Part shown: in pieces, positions 1 through 14,917 of the stretch
Layout of the letters: each line of letters opens with the position of its first letter
How positions within the stretch are numbered: position 1 is the first letter of the stretch
Source: the human T2T-CHM13v2.0 reference genome, Homo sapiens
Strand: one strand, 5' to 3'
Assembly: GCF_009914755.1 (NCBI RefSeq)
Contig: NC_060941.1
Length of the DNA: 64,000 bases
The notes under the pieces: generated by a model
The model's input: the letters and a program-made list of their open reading frames with translations, nothing else
What the model was told of the DNA's origin: nothing
The model's database searches: none
Position numbers and translations under genes: made by a program

Positions 1-1
1 G

Positions 2-154
2 CTCATCATCATGGGGGAGGTGGACGGCGGCATGGCCATGCTGCGCCCCGATAGCTTTGTGGGCGCATCGAGTGCCCGCCGGGTCAGGAAGCTTCGTGAG
101 GTCATGCACAAGAAGACCTGTGACGTCCTCAAGGAGTTTCTTGGCTTGCACTGA
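2..154 (+). CDS. WFIKKN2: 3' end of WFIKKN2 (GASP-1) CDS, C-terminus of NTR domain; partial, continues upstream of window
   Basis: Frame 2 translates LIIMGEVDGGMAMLRPDSFVGASSARRVRKLREVMHKKTCDVLKEFLGLH* (TGA 152-154), matching the recalled WFIKKN2 C-terminus; synteny with TOB1. Confidence 0.93.
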   Translation, partial: LIIMGEVDGGMAMLRPDSFVGASSARRVRKLREVMHKKTCDVLKEFLGLH

Positions 155-1490
155 AGCCCCCCACCCCTCCCTGCCCCCTCCCTGGCCTTCTTCCACCTAT
201 CCACCCCAATGCCTCTCAGCAAACTGGGCGAGGTCAGATTAGACAGGCTTGGGACAGCAGGGAAACATCAACCGACGTGTCACAGAAAAAGCCACAGAAG
301 GTCTCAGATCAGCATCTATTCTTTGGGTTCAATAAGGGGTTCATATCTTTTTTAGCTGAGGGGGACAAGAGGAGAAGTCAGTGGACACATGGAAGTTACT
401 CGTGACCACCAGCTTGCTCAGATATTCTCCTCCTCCCCTCACTGGCCCCACACCCCTGGCTCTCCCAGTCACCCTCCCCTAGCCAGTCTCCCAGCAAGGG
501 TTTAAGAGATGGCCGCTGTGTGCTGGTCACAGGAAGTGTTGAATGGATTGGCTTGCAAAGGGGGTAGGTGGGGAGAGATAGGAGGGCCCAGGGACTCATG
601 GGACACCTTTCCCACAGCCTCCTCGATTGCTGTGAGCAGAGGCCACTCGGAGTTAGGGGCATGGGCAATAGCAAGCTGGCGGCAGAGTCCAGCCCAGCAT
701 ATGACTTGCCCTGAATGGAAGCTGCTGAAACGGGTGCCTTTGGGTGGTGGTCGGCTTGCCTCTGAGGCCACCACGGCACCAGCAGAATACGTATTTCTTC
801 TCCTTGGCTGCATTGGTTTGTCGATCTAGTTCAGTTCAACTCAGTGGATGTTCTCTGAATGCTTACTGGGTGCCAGGACCACAGAGAGATGTTAGTCACT
901 GCCCAGTTCTTAGAGCCCCAACACAGATACCCTCATCCCAGGGCCCCCAGACACACCCCTCCGCTGGACTCACAACTGTCTGGAGTTTCTGTCTGATGGA
1001 TGGTGTGCTTTCATATGCCACTGGCTTCCTTGGACATAGATCAGACAAAAGCCCCGGGATCTGTTTGGTAGCAGGAGAAATGAAGGAAGATGAAAAAGCA
1101 GGCAGGGAAGGGGGTAGTAAAGGACTGAGAGAGGAGGGAGGTGGCTGGAGAAGGAAAAGGAACATTGCTCGATGCTCCCATCTGGTGGCGGCCTCAGGAA
1201 CCCACGGGAACCTGGAAGGAGGCTCTTTGTGAGACCTGGGCAAAGGATGGGGCAGCTCGTCGATGATTTTTTTGTGTTTCCAGGCTTCCTGTGTGATCCT
1301 GGCCCTCCGGCCGCTAGAGAGAGGATTGGGAAACCCCACTGTCAGCTCTGCATCTGCCCCCACTACCCTCCTCTGCCCTATTCTGTCCCTGCCCCTCCAA
1401 GCTGAAGAAGGTCCTTGTGGGGCGTCCTCATTTCTTCCTCAAATATAAGGAGGAAGATACCAATTAAAAGCTCATAGTATCAACTGCCCT
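155..1490 (+). other. WFIKKN2: WFIKKN2 3' UTR
   Basis: Repeat-free sequence from stop codon to ATTAAA plus GU-rich downstream element; end approximate. Confidence 0.75.
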
Positions 1491-1512
1491 TCTTGTGTGA
1501 TTCGTTTGGGTT
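1463..1512 (+). terminator. WFIKKN2 polyadenylation signal
   Basis: ATTAAA 1463-1468 followed about 25 nt later by tcttgtgtgattcgtttgggtt. Confidence 0.75.
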
Positions 1513-2699
1513 ATGATGGGGGAGGGAGGGAGGTGGGTAGTGTCATTTGCTTTGGTGACCTTACAAGAGGGAAGTCTGGCCACTGGGAGCATCTTTGGGG
1601 GATGGAGAGATGCTGGTAATATGTGGGCCCCTTTTGCAGCTCCAAGGCCCCTTAACTGATGCTCAGCTCAGCTCCGTGAGTTAAGCTGAGGTCAGAGAGG
1701 TGAGGTGACTTGCCAAGAACACAAAGGCAGGAAGGGGTGGGTGGCCCAGCCCAGGTGTTCTGATCTGTAACCTGCTCTCACCCCAGCGTGACAGCACAGT
1801 TGGTCAGGTGCAGTGTCCAGACCCTTCCACCAATGGTGTCAAGTTCAGAGGCGAGAAGGTGGAGGAGATGGGAATGGAGCAGGCAAGGACAGCTGCCAGC
1901 TGTGACTCACTAGGGGGCCTCTAGGTGAGGCCTGGTCCCAGGAAGACTGTGTCAAAGCCCTAGGTAAGGTCAGGGTGTGGGGCTTGGTTCCCAGAATGGG
2001 GACAGCAGTGCCTTTGGCCCCAGGAAGGCCCACAGCAGCTCCCGAGGCATGGAGACGTGTTCAGCCATGGCACACCCCACAGCCTGTTTGTCCCCAAGAG
2101 ACACCACTTCCCTGCACAGTTGCCTGTGTTTTCCCGGGCCCCAACCCAAAAGAAGAATCCAGGCCCAGCCTAGCCTGGCCCAGCCCATCTCATCTGCAAT
2201 AAGGGCGCGAGGAGGAGGTCGGGAGCAGGAAGAACAGAGGCAGAGGATCCAGGGTTTCTCAAGTTGACATCGGGAGAACACTGAGCACAAAACTTAGCCA
2301 CCAAAGTGGTGTGAGCAGCAGCCACGGGCCCCCACCCTGCTCAGGTCAGGTAACCAAGGAGGGTGAGGATGGTCTCACCCTGTCCTCAGAGGCCCAGGGA
2401 CATTCTGTGCACCTGCTTCCAGCTCGAGCTCTAGCACATTACCATGCAAGCTGTGGGGGCAATTGTCCACATGCCAGCACCTGTCACCTCCCTTTTCAAC
2501 CCCATTTGCACAGATACGGGACCTGAACGTGCGGCTGGGCCGGGACAGCAGGGCCCCCAGTCGCACATCTGCTTCCCTGATGAAGGTGTGAGGTTCAGGA
2601 AAATCCCACTGTGGGGCTCCCTCTCACCAGACCACTGCCCACATACAGCCCCAGACCTGGGATCCCTGTCACACTCCAGCCCCACCTGGCAGAGCGAGA

Positions 2700-2850
2700 A
2701 AACTCAGCCCGTGAAGTCAGACTTGCCTAGGTCTGAATCTGGGCTCTGCTGCTTACCTGCAATCTCTCTGAGTCTCTGTTTCCTCATCTGTAAAACAGAG
2801 GGTAGTAAGATCACTCTACAAGAGGCTTGGGAGCTGGGCCCTATTAACCG
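2700..2850 (+). mobile_element. MIR fragment
   Basis: Core motif tctctgagtctctgtttcctcatctgtaaaac. Confidence 0.65.
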
Positions 2851-3789
2851 GGTACAACTGGAAAGCCCAGGAAGGAGGACCTGGCGCCGAGTGGCTGCCC
2901 CCTGCCCCCTCCCACCCTCGGCAGCTCTCAGCTCAGAACAGACCCCAGAACCGAAAGGCCTCCCCTCACGTTTCTGGGTCTGGGGCTTTGCAATTTCAAA
3001 TGTTTTATTCTATTGCTCACAGAGTATATCCAAAGTGAACACCCACTATAGACTGATTTGGGGTTCAGAAAATATGGGCACTTAGGGAATGGGTGGTTTC
3101 GAACCTATTATAACTTCTGACCTACTACCTGGCATTCATTTTCTATCCTTGAAACCAAGCCGGGGTCCTTTCTTTCTGTTACCCTAGGCCTTATACAAAG
3201 CCTGGCATCTAGCAGGAGCTCAGGAAAGGGTGGATGGAGCTCCCAGGGCCTGGTTGCCAGCCAGTCTCGGGAGGTTGCTTTGCTCAGTCAAATCGAGGAG
3301 ATTTGGCCCCAGCCTAGGTCCTGGGACATAACGAAATTGAGGCCCCTTTATCCAGGCTAGACTCACCTGTCTCCTGTCTGCCCTGGATACTCACTCCTCA
3401 CCTTCCTGCACCCACTTGGCTCTCTCCTTCCTGTTCTGACCCTCAGTTTGCCTCTTCAGAGGACTATTCCCGAGCGGGCCTGTCTCCAGATCAGCCCCCA
3501 GGGCCTCTGGGGCAGGGCAGCTTGGCTTTTTCCACCCTCCGCCTCCCCCAGCACCTCCAGCCTGCTAGGACACTCTGCTCCATTGTCTAGCCAGCCGCTC
3601 CGTAGTCTGATGTCACCCCCCGGACAGTGGGGCTGGAGAGCAGGGATGGGGTGGACCCTGACTAGAGTCCACAGCATCGGTGATTGCCTTAGGCCGTGGG
3701 GAACTCCCTCCGTCCCCTTGTCCTATTGTAAAACAGCAGCATGCTTGCGCACGTCCTATGTGCCAGGTACCAGCTCTTGTAAGCTCCAC

Positions 3790-4220
<431 letters not shown>

Positions 4221-6044
4221 CAGAGCTCTTAATGCTCATGTTATGTTGTTTCTCCTAGTGTGCAACACACACACACAAACACACACACACCCTGCTCTGG
4301 GCTGGGCAGTGTGGAGTCCTATCAGGACCCCAAATATCTCTAAAGAGACTGCCTCCCATCAGCACACACATACCACTCAGGGCTGTTTACAACCTCACCC
4401 TGTGACAAGTATTTCTATCACACACACAAGCAGTCCTGGCCTAGATTCATCAGCCTTCTGCCTACTCATCCTTCAAGACTCAGCTCCTTGGGGAAGCCTC
4501 TGCTGTCCCCCGGCTGTGTGAGCACTCCTCTCTGAGTCCCTCTCCCTCTGTGTTTGTGCTGATCCAGATCAGAATCATTGCCTAGGGCCTCCAGGAAGCT
4601 GTGGGCCCAGCTCTCAGAGCTCATGGGGGTGCTTGCTGGGTGAAACAGAGGGTCCTGGGACCAGGGGCCACTCAGCGCTGCTGCACTGAACAACCACAAG
4701 CCTAGAAGGGGCCTCTCTGGGGTCCTCCCTCTTTTTCCCAGCTCCACCTCATGTTGCCTCCTCCTCCTCCTCTTCCTCCCACCTCTCTGAAGAGTCTGAA
4801 GCTTCCCTCCTACTCTGGAGAATTTGTGATTAATGCAGGCGGGATGGGTGGCAGGGTTCCTGGGCCCTATTCTTGGCTGTGGCCTCATTCTGGAATGTGC
4901 CCTGAGGTCAGGTGACACTCCTCACTCAGGCTGTGTCAGGAGGAAGGAAGAGTAAACCTCCAGCTGACATCTCCTGAGGGAGAGGGCAGGGTAGGCAGGT
5001 GGGCAAGCCCCTCACCCCTCTCCTGCCTGCCTCCCAGGCTCCTGAGGCCCTCGACCCATTTCAGGGTCACGTTGGAGTCCCTGCGGTCCCGTCCCAAATT
5101 ACCCCGGGACACGGTACTCCACTAGGTCTCCAGCAATACTCTGGCCACCCTCAACCCCACTCGGATGAGGGAAAGCAGAACCCAGCCCAACATAGACTAG
5201 CCTCTCCTGGAGGTGGGGCCTCTTCCCAGGTGTCTGTCAGGGGCAAAGGGGGCACTTGCGTGCTTTCGGCCCTTTTCAGGCCTTGAGGACACTGCCAGAG
5301 ACCCGACGGGAGGAGGTGGACCCATCCAGATAACTTGTTTTCTGTTTTGATGTGAGGGATGCATCCAATTCTGTCCATAGTCTAAGTGAGAGCAGACGAC
5401 GGTGACTTTATCTCCTTTCTGGGTGGGTAGCCTGGAAGCGAGGAGGGGCCTAGGGTTTTCTCAAGGACCCTGGGCAGGGGAGAAGCACAGTGCCAGGAGT
5501 GGGGTGGACATGAGAATGCTAACCCCTGCGCCAGGCACTTTACGTGGACTGCCCGGTTGAATCCTCCCAACCCTCTGAAGGCACCATATTATTTTACTAT
5601 TTCACCACTTGGCAGATCACACTCTAAGCTGCAACCTTCAGGAGGGCAAAGACCTATACACCAAACACAAGCCTGACCATGTTCATTAAGTGTTTGTCGA
5701 ATGAATGAATGAATGGGGCAAGCCCTATAGGCTTTATGGAGGAAAAGAGGCCCTCATAGGTGCTATTTTACAGATGCTGAATCGGAGACTCTAAATGTTT
5801 AAAGGACCCAAGGCTATAGGGTCATTAAATGAAAGAGCCAAGATTCAAAGCCAAGTCTGTCCGAATTTGGTACCTGTACCCTTATCACGATATTACATAT
5901 GTATTTTAACCATCGCAGTTAAAGGCTGAGGACCCCAAATGGCGGTTCCCCTTCTAAACACCCATAACCACCACTTCCAACTGGTCCTTGACCTCTGGGA
6001 GTACCAAGGGTTTACAGAAATTTTATAAAGCCATACCCTTCAAT

Positions 6045-6220
6045 ACTGTTAGTACTGAATTCATGTAAATGAATTTAAATTAAATAAAAACGTAAAATTC
6101 ATTTCCTCAGTTACGCTAGTTATGGATCAAGTGCCATGTTTCATGTGGCTGGTAGCTGCCATACTGGACAACACAGACAGAATATTTCCAACATTACAGG
6201 AAATTCTATTGCACACCCCT
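6045..6220 (-). mobile_element. MER3-like hAT DNA transposon remnant
   Basis: Reverse-complement similarity to the copies at 31838 and 61128 (atgtggctggtagctgccatactggacaacacag). Confidence 0.7.
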
Positions 6221-6274
6221 GTTACAAAGGATTGACACGAATTTCTCTTTACTCCCATTGTCTCATGACCCTGA

Positions 6275-6644
<370 letters not shown>

Positions 6645-7455
6645 AGGTTTATATATCTTCATGCAAATAAAGTTCTTGATGGCCTCCCTCAATACCCCAG
6701 AGTTCCCAAAAAGGGACACAAATAAGTGCGCACACACACGCAGCACCAGCAGTCATGACACGCAGGTGAAGATGAGTTCTCCAAACTTTTAGCTGAATAT
6801 GGTAGGGGTGCTGCTGATGGGAAGGAGACAGTGGGAATGAGAGGCTAAGTCCTCCCATGGCACAGCACAGTGCCCATGACAGCTGCCGCCTCCCAGGAAT
6901 CAGCCTGCCACCAGGCCAGTTATTCAGCAGCTTTTCAGAGACACCTATGCTGCAGCTGTCATCTTGTTTCTTGCATGGAAGTGCTGACTAAAAGTCTAAT
7001 AATTATTTTGTTAGTGGTCATTGCTGCTATAAGTGTGCTGCATAAATGTTTAAAAAGAGGGCCCAGGGGGCTCTGTTCTGCAGGATGGGGGTGGTTAAAG
7101 ACGTCAAGAACTAGGCCTACTTTAAGAGATACACGTGAAATTTAGAAAATGACAAGAGGGTAAAACTGATTACTATCTTTGGAAACCCTTGGTGATATAG
7201 GATAAAAACAAGTATAACATGCCCAAATACAGGAAAAGTCATGTAACTAATAGAGATATCATTTGTCAGATTACTTATGCTCACATAGAAGGGGATATGA
7301 TAGTCTGTACAGCTTATGCACATGAACTGCCAAAATGCAATGTGAAGGTTGGCCTGACAGATGACGCTGCAGCCTGTTGTACCAGCCTGTGCTGACCTGC
7401 AGGCTTCTCAATAGGTTCGGCATGGACAAGATCTATGATGGCCAAGAGAAGGTGA

Positions 7456-7614
<159 letters not shown>

Positions 7615-7835
7615 TGATTCCCTGCTTATGATTCTGAAGGCAAGGAATTTAATGAAGAAGTACATCAGAAGTACATCATAGGTCAGAATGTTGCAGATTG
7701 GATGCATCACCTAATGGAAGAAAATAAAGATGCTTACAAGAAAGAGTTATCTCAATACATAAAGAACAGTGTAACTACAGACGTGGTGGAGGAGATGTGT
7801 AAGGAAGCTCATGCTGCTATACAAGAGAATCTAGC

Positions 7836-8244
7836 TGTGTTAGTCTGTTCTTGCACTGCTATAAAGAAATGCCCAAGACTGGACAATTTATGAAGAAAAG
7901 AGGTTTAATTGGCAGGCTATGCAGGAAACATAGCAGCTTCTGCTTCTGGGGAGGCCTCAGAAAACTTACAATCATGGCAGAAGGCAAAGGGGAAGCAGGC
8001 ACGTCTTACATGGCTAGAGCAGGAGGAAGAGAGAGAGGGGGGAAGTGCTACATACTTTTAAACATCCAGAGCTCCCAATGACTTCCTCACTCACTATCAC
8101 GAGAACAGCACTGAGAGGTGATGCCAAACCATTCATGAGAAACTACCCCCATGATCCAGTCATCCCCCACCAGGCCTCTCCTCCAACACTGGGGATTAAA
8201 ATTTGACATGCAATTTGGTGGGGACACAGATGCCAACCATATCA
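7836..8244 (-). mobile_element. MaLR solo LTR, MST type (MSTA/MSTB-like), inserted in RPL5 pseudogene
   Basis: tgtgttagtc...ccatatca termini, 409 bp, aagaaaagaggtttaattgg and ttacaatcatggcagaaggc motifs; 5-bp TSD ctagc/ccagt; strand tentative. Confidence 0.88.
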
Positions 8245-8408
8245 CCAGTCCATGAGAAGAAGCCCGAGAAAGAAGCTAAAAAGAGGAGATAGAACCGTCC
8301 CCAAATGTCCCTTGCCCAGAAGAAAGATTGGGTAGCTCAAAAGAAGGCAAGCTTGTTTTCTCTGAGCCCTCTCTTACAAGAGCAGAGGAGCAGACTGCTG
8401 AGGGCTAA

Positions 8409-8730
<322 letters not shown>

Positions 8731-9729
8731 CAGACAACAATTTTCTATGAGGATTTTTCAGATAAAGACAATCAACATATTAAGCAATAAATAAATAGAT
8801 AAGTAAATAAGGGGCCAGATATTTTAGGCCGCAAGGTCCCCAAATCTCCTTGCTATCCAGGGTGGGCCGGCAGTGAGAAAAGGTCACAGTCATGGCAGAG
8901 CATAGGTTCAAATACTGGCTTTGTGACTTTGAGTAGTTAACTTCTCTGTGCCTTAGTATTATCATCTATACAACAGAATAATAATGGTAGCCATAGTGCC
9001 TCTCCAGGGTAGTTGGTCCTGGGCCTCATTGCTTCAGCTTGTTGGGGATAATTGCTGTTGCACGTCCCTGCCAATGATTGGAGCAAGAACCAGGAGGGGA
9101 GAACAGGCCCCTCTCCCAGAGCAAAGTGAGAACAGATGCAGTCTCCTTTGCTGACAAGGAAAGAGTCCAGGAGGAGGGTAGCTGGAGAAGAGAGGGGGAG
9201 AGCAGGAGGGCAGGAATGAGAGGAAAAAGAAGAGGGATGGGGAGATGCATACACACATACGCACACACTCGGGGTTGTGCAGTTGGAGGCCCAGGAAGAA
9301 AAGATAAAGTGTAGTAATTTGGTTAGAGATGAGGAACCTCTGAGACCTCCATGGAGGCCCTAAGAATATTTCTGAACCCTTCATTCCCAGCTCCAACACC
9401 TCGGGGCACAGAACTAAGCTCTCAATGACCCCTTATTTCAAGTGCCACTCTCCATCTCAATGTACCACAAGGGGCAACAGAATAAAAGGGGAAACAGCCT
9501 TAGGACCCTGGTATGATCAATAACAGACTCAAAGCAATCCTCACAATCATTACAACCAGCAATTTTACCCTGTGACCCTAATAAGCGCTGAAGCTGGTGT
9601 TTATGGATGACTAGAACACAGTTTTAGTGAGACTTACACGGATGGTAACCCATCCCTGTCCCAGACCTCATAGAAGGTGGGCACCCTTTACCAATTAGAT
9701 GCCCTTTTGGTAGGGTTAATAATTTCCAT

Positions 9730-9960
9730 TACTAATAGCTTACAGCACTTAATATGTGTTCAACATGCATTATCTCATTAAATATTTACAACCCTGTGAT
9801 GTGTATATTTTTCACCTCCATTTAATAACCTGTCCATTTCAGAGATAATGAAACTGAGGCTCAGGGAGATTGAATAATTTTCCCAAAGTCCCTGGCCAAG
9901 CAGGGAACCAAACCTAGGCGTGTCTATATGACTCCAAAGGCCACGTACTTAACCGCATGT
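9730..9960 (-). mobile_element. MIR
   Basis: gaaactgaggctcagggagattgaataattttcccaaagtc. Confidence 0.7.
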
Positions 9961-10381
9961 GTGATATTTTCCACCACAGATTCAAGAACAGTCAAGTCTG
10001 GTTTCGTCTCATTTTTGTGTCCTCCCTTCTCCCTGCTAATATACCAGGAAGTTTTACTTCCTAGGATTCTCATGAAAAGGCACGTTTATAGCCAGCTGAC
10101 CTCCCCTAAATAGGCTGAGCACATGCCCTTGAGGCTAAGCCGTGCGGGGAGAGGTGGAGGATTTGAGCCCTCTCTCACCACAGAGTAAAGAGAGTGCAGG
10201 TTATTCTATGTAGGGAAGAGGATTATGCTGAATGCTTTATTTATCTTACATGCTCATCACACCAACCCTAACAAGTAGAATTTGGAACCCTTTTACAGTT
10301 AGGAAATCTGAGGTGGAATCGTTTTAACAGTGCACTGCTATTTAAGGTTGAGTTTGAGATTTGATTCAAAGTCTGACCCCA

Positions 10382-10692
10382 GGCCAGGCGTGGTGGCTCA
10401 CACCTGTAATCCCAGCATTTTGGGAGGCCGAGGCAGCGGATCACCTGAGGTCTGAAGTTTGAGACCAGCCTGGCCAATATGGTGAAACCCCGTCTCTACT
10501 AAAAATACAAAAAAATTAGCCGGGCTTGGGGCTGGGCACCTGTAATCCCAGCTACTCAGGAGGCTGAGGTAGGAGAATCCCTTCAACTCAGGAAGCAGAG
10601 GTTGCAGTGAGCCGATATTGCGCCACTGCACTCCGGCCTGGGTGATAGAGCAAGACTCTGTCTCAGAAAAAAAAAAAAAAGGAAAAAAAAAA
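10382..10692 (+). mobile_element. AluS
   Basis: Full length; TSD aaagtctgacccca. Confidence 0.95.
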
Positions 10693-11786
10693 GTCTGACC
10701 CCAAAGCCCACGTTCTTTCTCATAGAGGATCACGAGGAGTAATGTTATTTGGAGGCTGAATGAAGCCCCCTACACCACTCTAGAGCATTCTTACATCTGC
10801 AGGGGAAATTGTGGGGCCTAAACATGTGTCCCCGCTGGTCAAGTGAGTGTGAGACAAGGATCAGACGCTGGTGTCTTCTGTGCCAAAGCAGGATCCACAC
10901 TCTGTACAGAATAGTGATGCTCTCTGAACAGTCCCAGGTCACATGAAGGAGTTTGGCCAGCTTGTGGTGGTATTTTCAGTGGATGACAGAGTGCTCAGCC
11001 ACCAAGAGAACTTAGGGAAGCCTGGGGAAGGGCATTGCCCGGGGAAGTGACCCAGGCGAAAAGTTATTTGGGAATGTTAATTTCTGGCTGAAATTTATAC
11101 AAAGCTTTCCCTTCAAAGCCTCATTCTTTGATTTATGTTCAAACCGGAAGATATTACAAGCACCCAAAAAGCCAAACTGGAAAAGGAAACTGCAGAGCTC
11201 CACAGACTTGTTGCCTTGGCCAGGGGTAGGGTGTGGCGATGGGAGTGGCAACTGGGAGTGACCTGGGGGTGTCTGAGTTTGTGCAATGAACACGCACTTT
11301 CCACCAACACCAACTTCTGGAGGGGTAGTACCTGCTGTGAGCCCTGACATCACAAAACCAAAAGAGGCTTTGTCACTAAAGGTAGGAAAACAAATGAGAT
11401 GACCCCTAGAGGGAGCTTCTAGCCTGAGGAAGTTTCTAGATTAAGCATGAAACTGAAACTGTCTTAAAAGGAAGGAATTCGACATCCCTCTGACACAGCC
11501 TGACGCCCCTCTCAGTCCCACCTTTTCTTTCCTTGGACTTCTTACTGGTCCTCCCCATCTCACTCCTGGGTTTGATGAATAAAGAAGTTTTAAACTATTT
11601 CTCTTTCATAATGTTTCTGTACAAAGCTTGAAACAGTGAAAAAATAAGTTAAAATGTTCAAATTCAAAGGCAGGTTCTCCCAGGAGAGATGGGCTGGCAG
11701 CAGAGCTTCTATTTCTGATTTCCTCTGCCTTTTTCCCCAAGGGTTAGCAGCACACATTCTTCCTACTGTGGCTACATCTGATGAAG

Positions 11787-11788
<2 letters not shown>

Positions 11789-11832
<44 letters not shown>
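11789..11832. repeat. (CA)~22 microsatellite
   Basis: Perfect dinucleotide run. Confidence 0.97.
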
Positions 11833-11834
<2 letters not shown>

Positions 11835-12619
11835 AGGACCAAGGTTTTCCTCTCAACTGCCTGTTCCTCCACTGGAGCTGGGAATTTGAGGGAGCCCAGG
11901 CTTCCCCGGGTGCTTCCAGTGGACATTGTACCCATTCTTCATAGCTGGATATCTCCCCCCAGATCTAGCATCCCTAAGATAGGCACAGTCTCACCCTTTT
12001 TTGTTCATACCCCTACATTTTCCTGTGTATTATGATTATTTGGGCGTGTGTGTTATCGTTTGCTAGAATGTAAGCTCCTTTAGAGGTTCCGAAGGATTGT
12101 ATATATCACTGCCAGTTCCTAACGCAGGAGATGCTTAATAAATGTGTTGAGTGGATGAATACAGGAGCTGTTTTTAATCATATCTCACCTTGTTTGAGAA
12201 AGAATTTAGGGACAAGAATGGAATCTGAGCCCAGGGCAGCCACTTGAGTCAACATCACCCTTTTGCTATCACAAGTACTAGTAAAGCTCAGGACCCAAGA
12301 CTTCAGTATGTGAAGTGCCTATAGTTGCTTCTCAACAAATCTAATCATCCAGAGAGCAGTCGCAATGTAAGTAAGTAAAGCTAGCACGTAGCCCTCAAAC
12401 TCATATCTTACTCCATTGTGTTTTTGCAACCGATTTCCCTTTCCTAATTGTGCCTGGCAAAGGCTGATAGCAAAATAAGTTTGGGATTGCTGAGCAAACA
12501 ATCACAAGTGAGGTTTGCAGGAGAGGGGGACTGGGCACAAAGTGCAGCTTAGATGACTTCTAAATAATCAGGTGGGGCTCTTTTTATAAAATCGACCGGT
12601 TGAGGTCAACCAAGGGAGC

Positions 12620-12845
12620 AGGATAGTGTAATGGTTAAGGATCATGGACTTTGGAAACAGAATCCCACAGTTCAAATCCTAGCTCCGCTGGCTGTGACTG
12701 TTGCAAGCTCTCTGCCTCCACTTATATATCTGTAAATGGGAAAAACAGTACAACCTTCAGAGGGTTGTTATGAAGTTGAACTGAATTTAAATGGGGCAGT
12801 ATCTAGCACATAGTAAATTCATATAAGGGTTGCCATTATTACTAC
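12620..12845 (+). mobile_element. MIR
   Basis: tagtgtaatggttaagg...gttcaaatcctagctccgc...atctgtaaatggg. Confidence 0.7.
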
Positions 12846-13749
12846 TGAGCTTTTGGGGTTGGTCATTCCCTCTGGATTCCATAAGACTTTGTGATAGTAT
12901 AAAAATCATCCTTCAAATAGGCAGTGCTTTACGTAGGAGCAGTTCCCCATCCTCCTTGAAAATCTGGGAAAAAAACACGCGCACAATCTTTGGGAAATGG
13001 CGGTGTCAGAACTTCTGCAAAGCCTCCTTCCGAGGAAACTGATCTCCAGGGCAAGTTGTCAGGCAGTGTATGCATAAGCTCTCTCCTTTACTGTCCTTTC
13101 CACCTTTCCCAGGCCCTGGAAGCAAAGGCAGATAGAAGACATAACACCCTGGTCCCTTGCCGGCTGCCAGACCCTTCTCCTTTGGCAGATGCTCCTGGGG
13201 AGATAAGCTCTCACCTCCATCTCTCTATTCCTTTTACACAGAACCCAAAAAGTTCTTTGAACTTTAGTGGTTCAGAAAATAAACAAGAATCTTCTTTCTA
13301 AGTTACCAAAAAAAAGTTTCCTTCCTTTCTTCCAGCCTTTTTCAAGATTCACAAAGAAGAATTTCCCCAGGTAAAAATCTTTTATAGCTGTGTGAAAACT
13401 GTTTGTTCTCAAAGTCTTTAGTTAAAGAGCCTCTGGTGACACCTTAGTTTCTAGAAAGGTTGACTGCAAAGATTGCAGCTATCTTAAACCTTGTATTAAA
13501 ATGGTTTAAGAGATTCCTATCATGTTTTCTGGAAATAAAAAGAAATTAGAATAAAGTAAGTCACCAGGGCTCCACAAAACTTTAGAATGGCAGGTAGTTT
13601 GCAAAACTAGGAGAGTTCTTTTTGGGAAAAGAGATTTGAGGGCAGTAGGCAGATCTGGATAATCAGAGTGAAGAAAGAATAGGCATTGTCATTACAAAAC
13701 AAAACAAAACAAAATTCAACCTTCATCCTTACTAAAAATGCATCGATGG

Positions 13750-14060
13750 GGCCGAGCGCAGTGGCTCACGCCTGTAATCCCAGCATTTTGGGAGGCCAAG
13801 GCGGGCAGATCACGAGGTCAGGAGTTCGAGACCAGCTTAACCAATATGGTGAAACCCCGTCTCTACTAAAAATACAAAAATTAGCAGGGCGTGGTGGCAC
13901 GTGCCTGTAATCTCAGCTACTCAGGAGTATGAGGCAGGAGAATTGCTGGAACCCGGGAGGCGGAAGTTGCAGTGAACCGAGATTGCGCCACTGCACTCCA
14001 GCCTGGGTGACAGAGTGAGACTCCGTTCCCCCTCCAAAAAAAAAAAAAAAGGAAAAAGAA
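13750..14060 (+). mobile_element. AluS
   Basis: Full length; TSD aaatgcat(c/t)gatg. Confidence 0.95.
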
Positions 14061-14234
14061 ATGCATTGATGGCTAGTGGAGGGGTGGCAAGGGAAAGCCA
14101 TCTGAAAGGAATACCTGCATTTAGTGCAAAACAGAAAAAGATGTTCCTATGCCTGGAAACTACTGAACCTGTGTCACAAGGTGTCTGGATACTGTACTAA
14201 AGTGTACAATATTTGCAGGGTAGGATGATTCCAT

Positions 14235-14538
14235 TTCTTTCTTTTTCTTTTTTTTTTTTTTGAGATGGAGTCTTCCTCTGTCGCTCAGGCTGGAGTGCAG
14301 TGGTGCGATCTCGGCTCACTGCGACCCGCCTCCTGGATTCCAGTGATTCTCCTGCCTCATCCTCCCCAGTACCTGAGATTACAGGCACGTGCTGCCATGC
14401 CCTGCTAATTTTTGTATTTTCAGTAGAGACGGGGTTTCACCTATTGGTCAGGCTGGTCTCAAACTCCTGACTTCATGATCCGCCTGCCTCAGCCTCCCAA
14501 AGTGCTGGGATTACAGGCATGAGCCACCACACCCGGCC
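14235..14538 (-). mobile_element. AluS
   Basis: Antisense; TSD attccatttctt. Confidence 0.95.
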
Positions 14539-14886
14539 AGTAATTCCATTTCTTAAATCATACTGATATGATACTGATAGCATTCCTTTCTATCAATATC
14601 CAGAAGTCATCTACTTATACTCACCATTTGCTAGAAAACAAGCTAGACTGATGCCACGTCCATTCTTGACACTCTTTCTTTCTGGCCTAAAGGAAGCACA
14701 AAATCGTTTTAAGTCAGTCTTCACACTCCAAAAGAGTGTGCAACATAATTTTCCAGCTTTCTCACTAGCACTAAGAAAGAGGAAAAAAAGACCTCAAAAG
14801 CTATAGAAGGGCATGTGGAGAATCAGAGTTTAAAAATAGCTGCAACCTGATGGCCAGGAAGGAAGTTTATGTTTAACATTCAGTGC

Positions 14887-14887
<1 letters not shown>

Positions 14888-14917
<30 letters not shown>

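Noticed and set aside
2444-3085. 213-aa plus-strand ORF
   Set aside because: Runs through a MIR fragment, no domain similarity, lies beyond the WFIKKN2 poly(A) site
7702-7893. 63-aa ORF with RPL5-like residues fused to LTR sequence
   Set aside because: Residual frame of the disabled pseudogene; upstream stops and frameshifts
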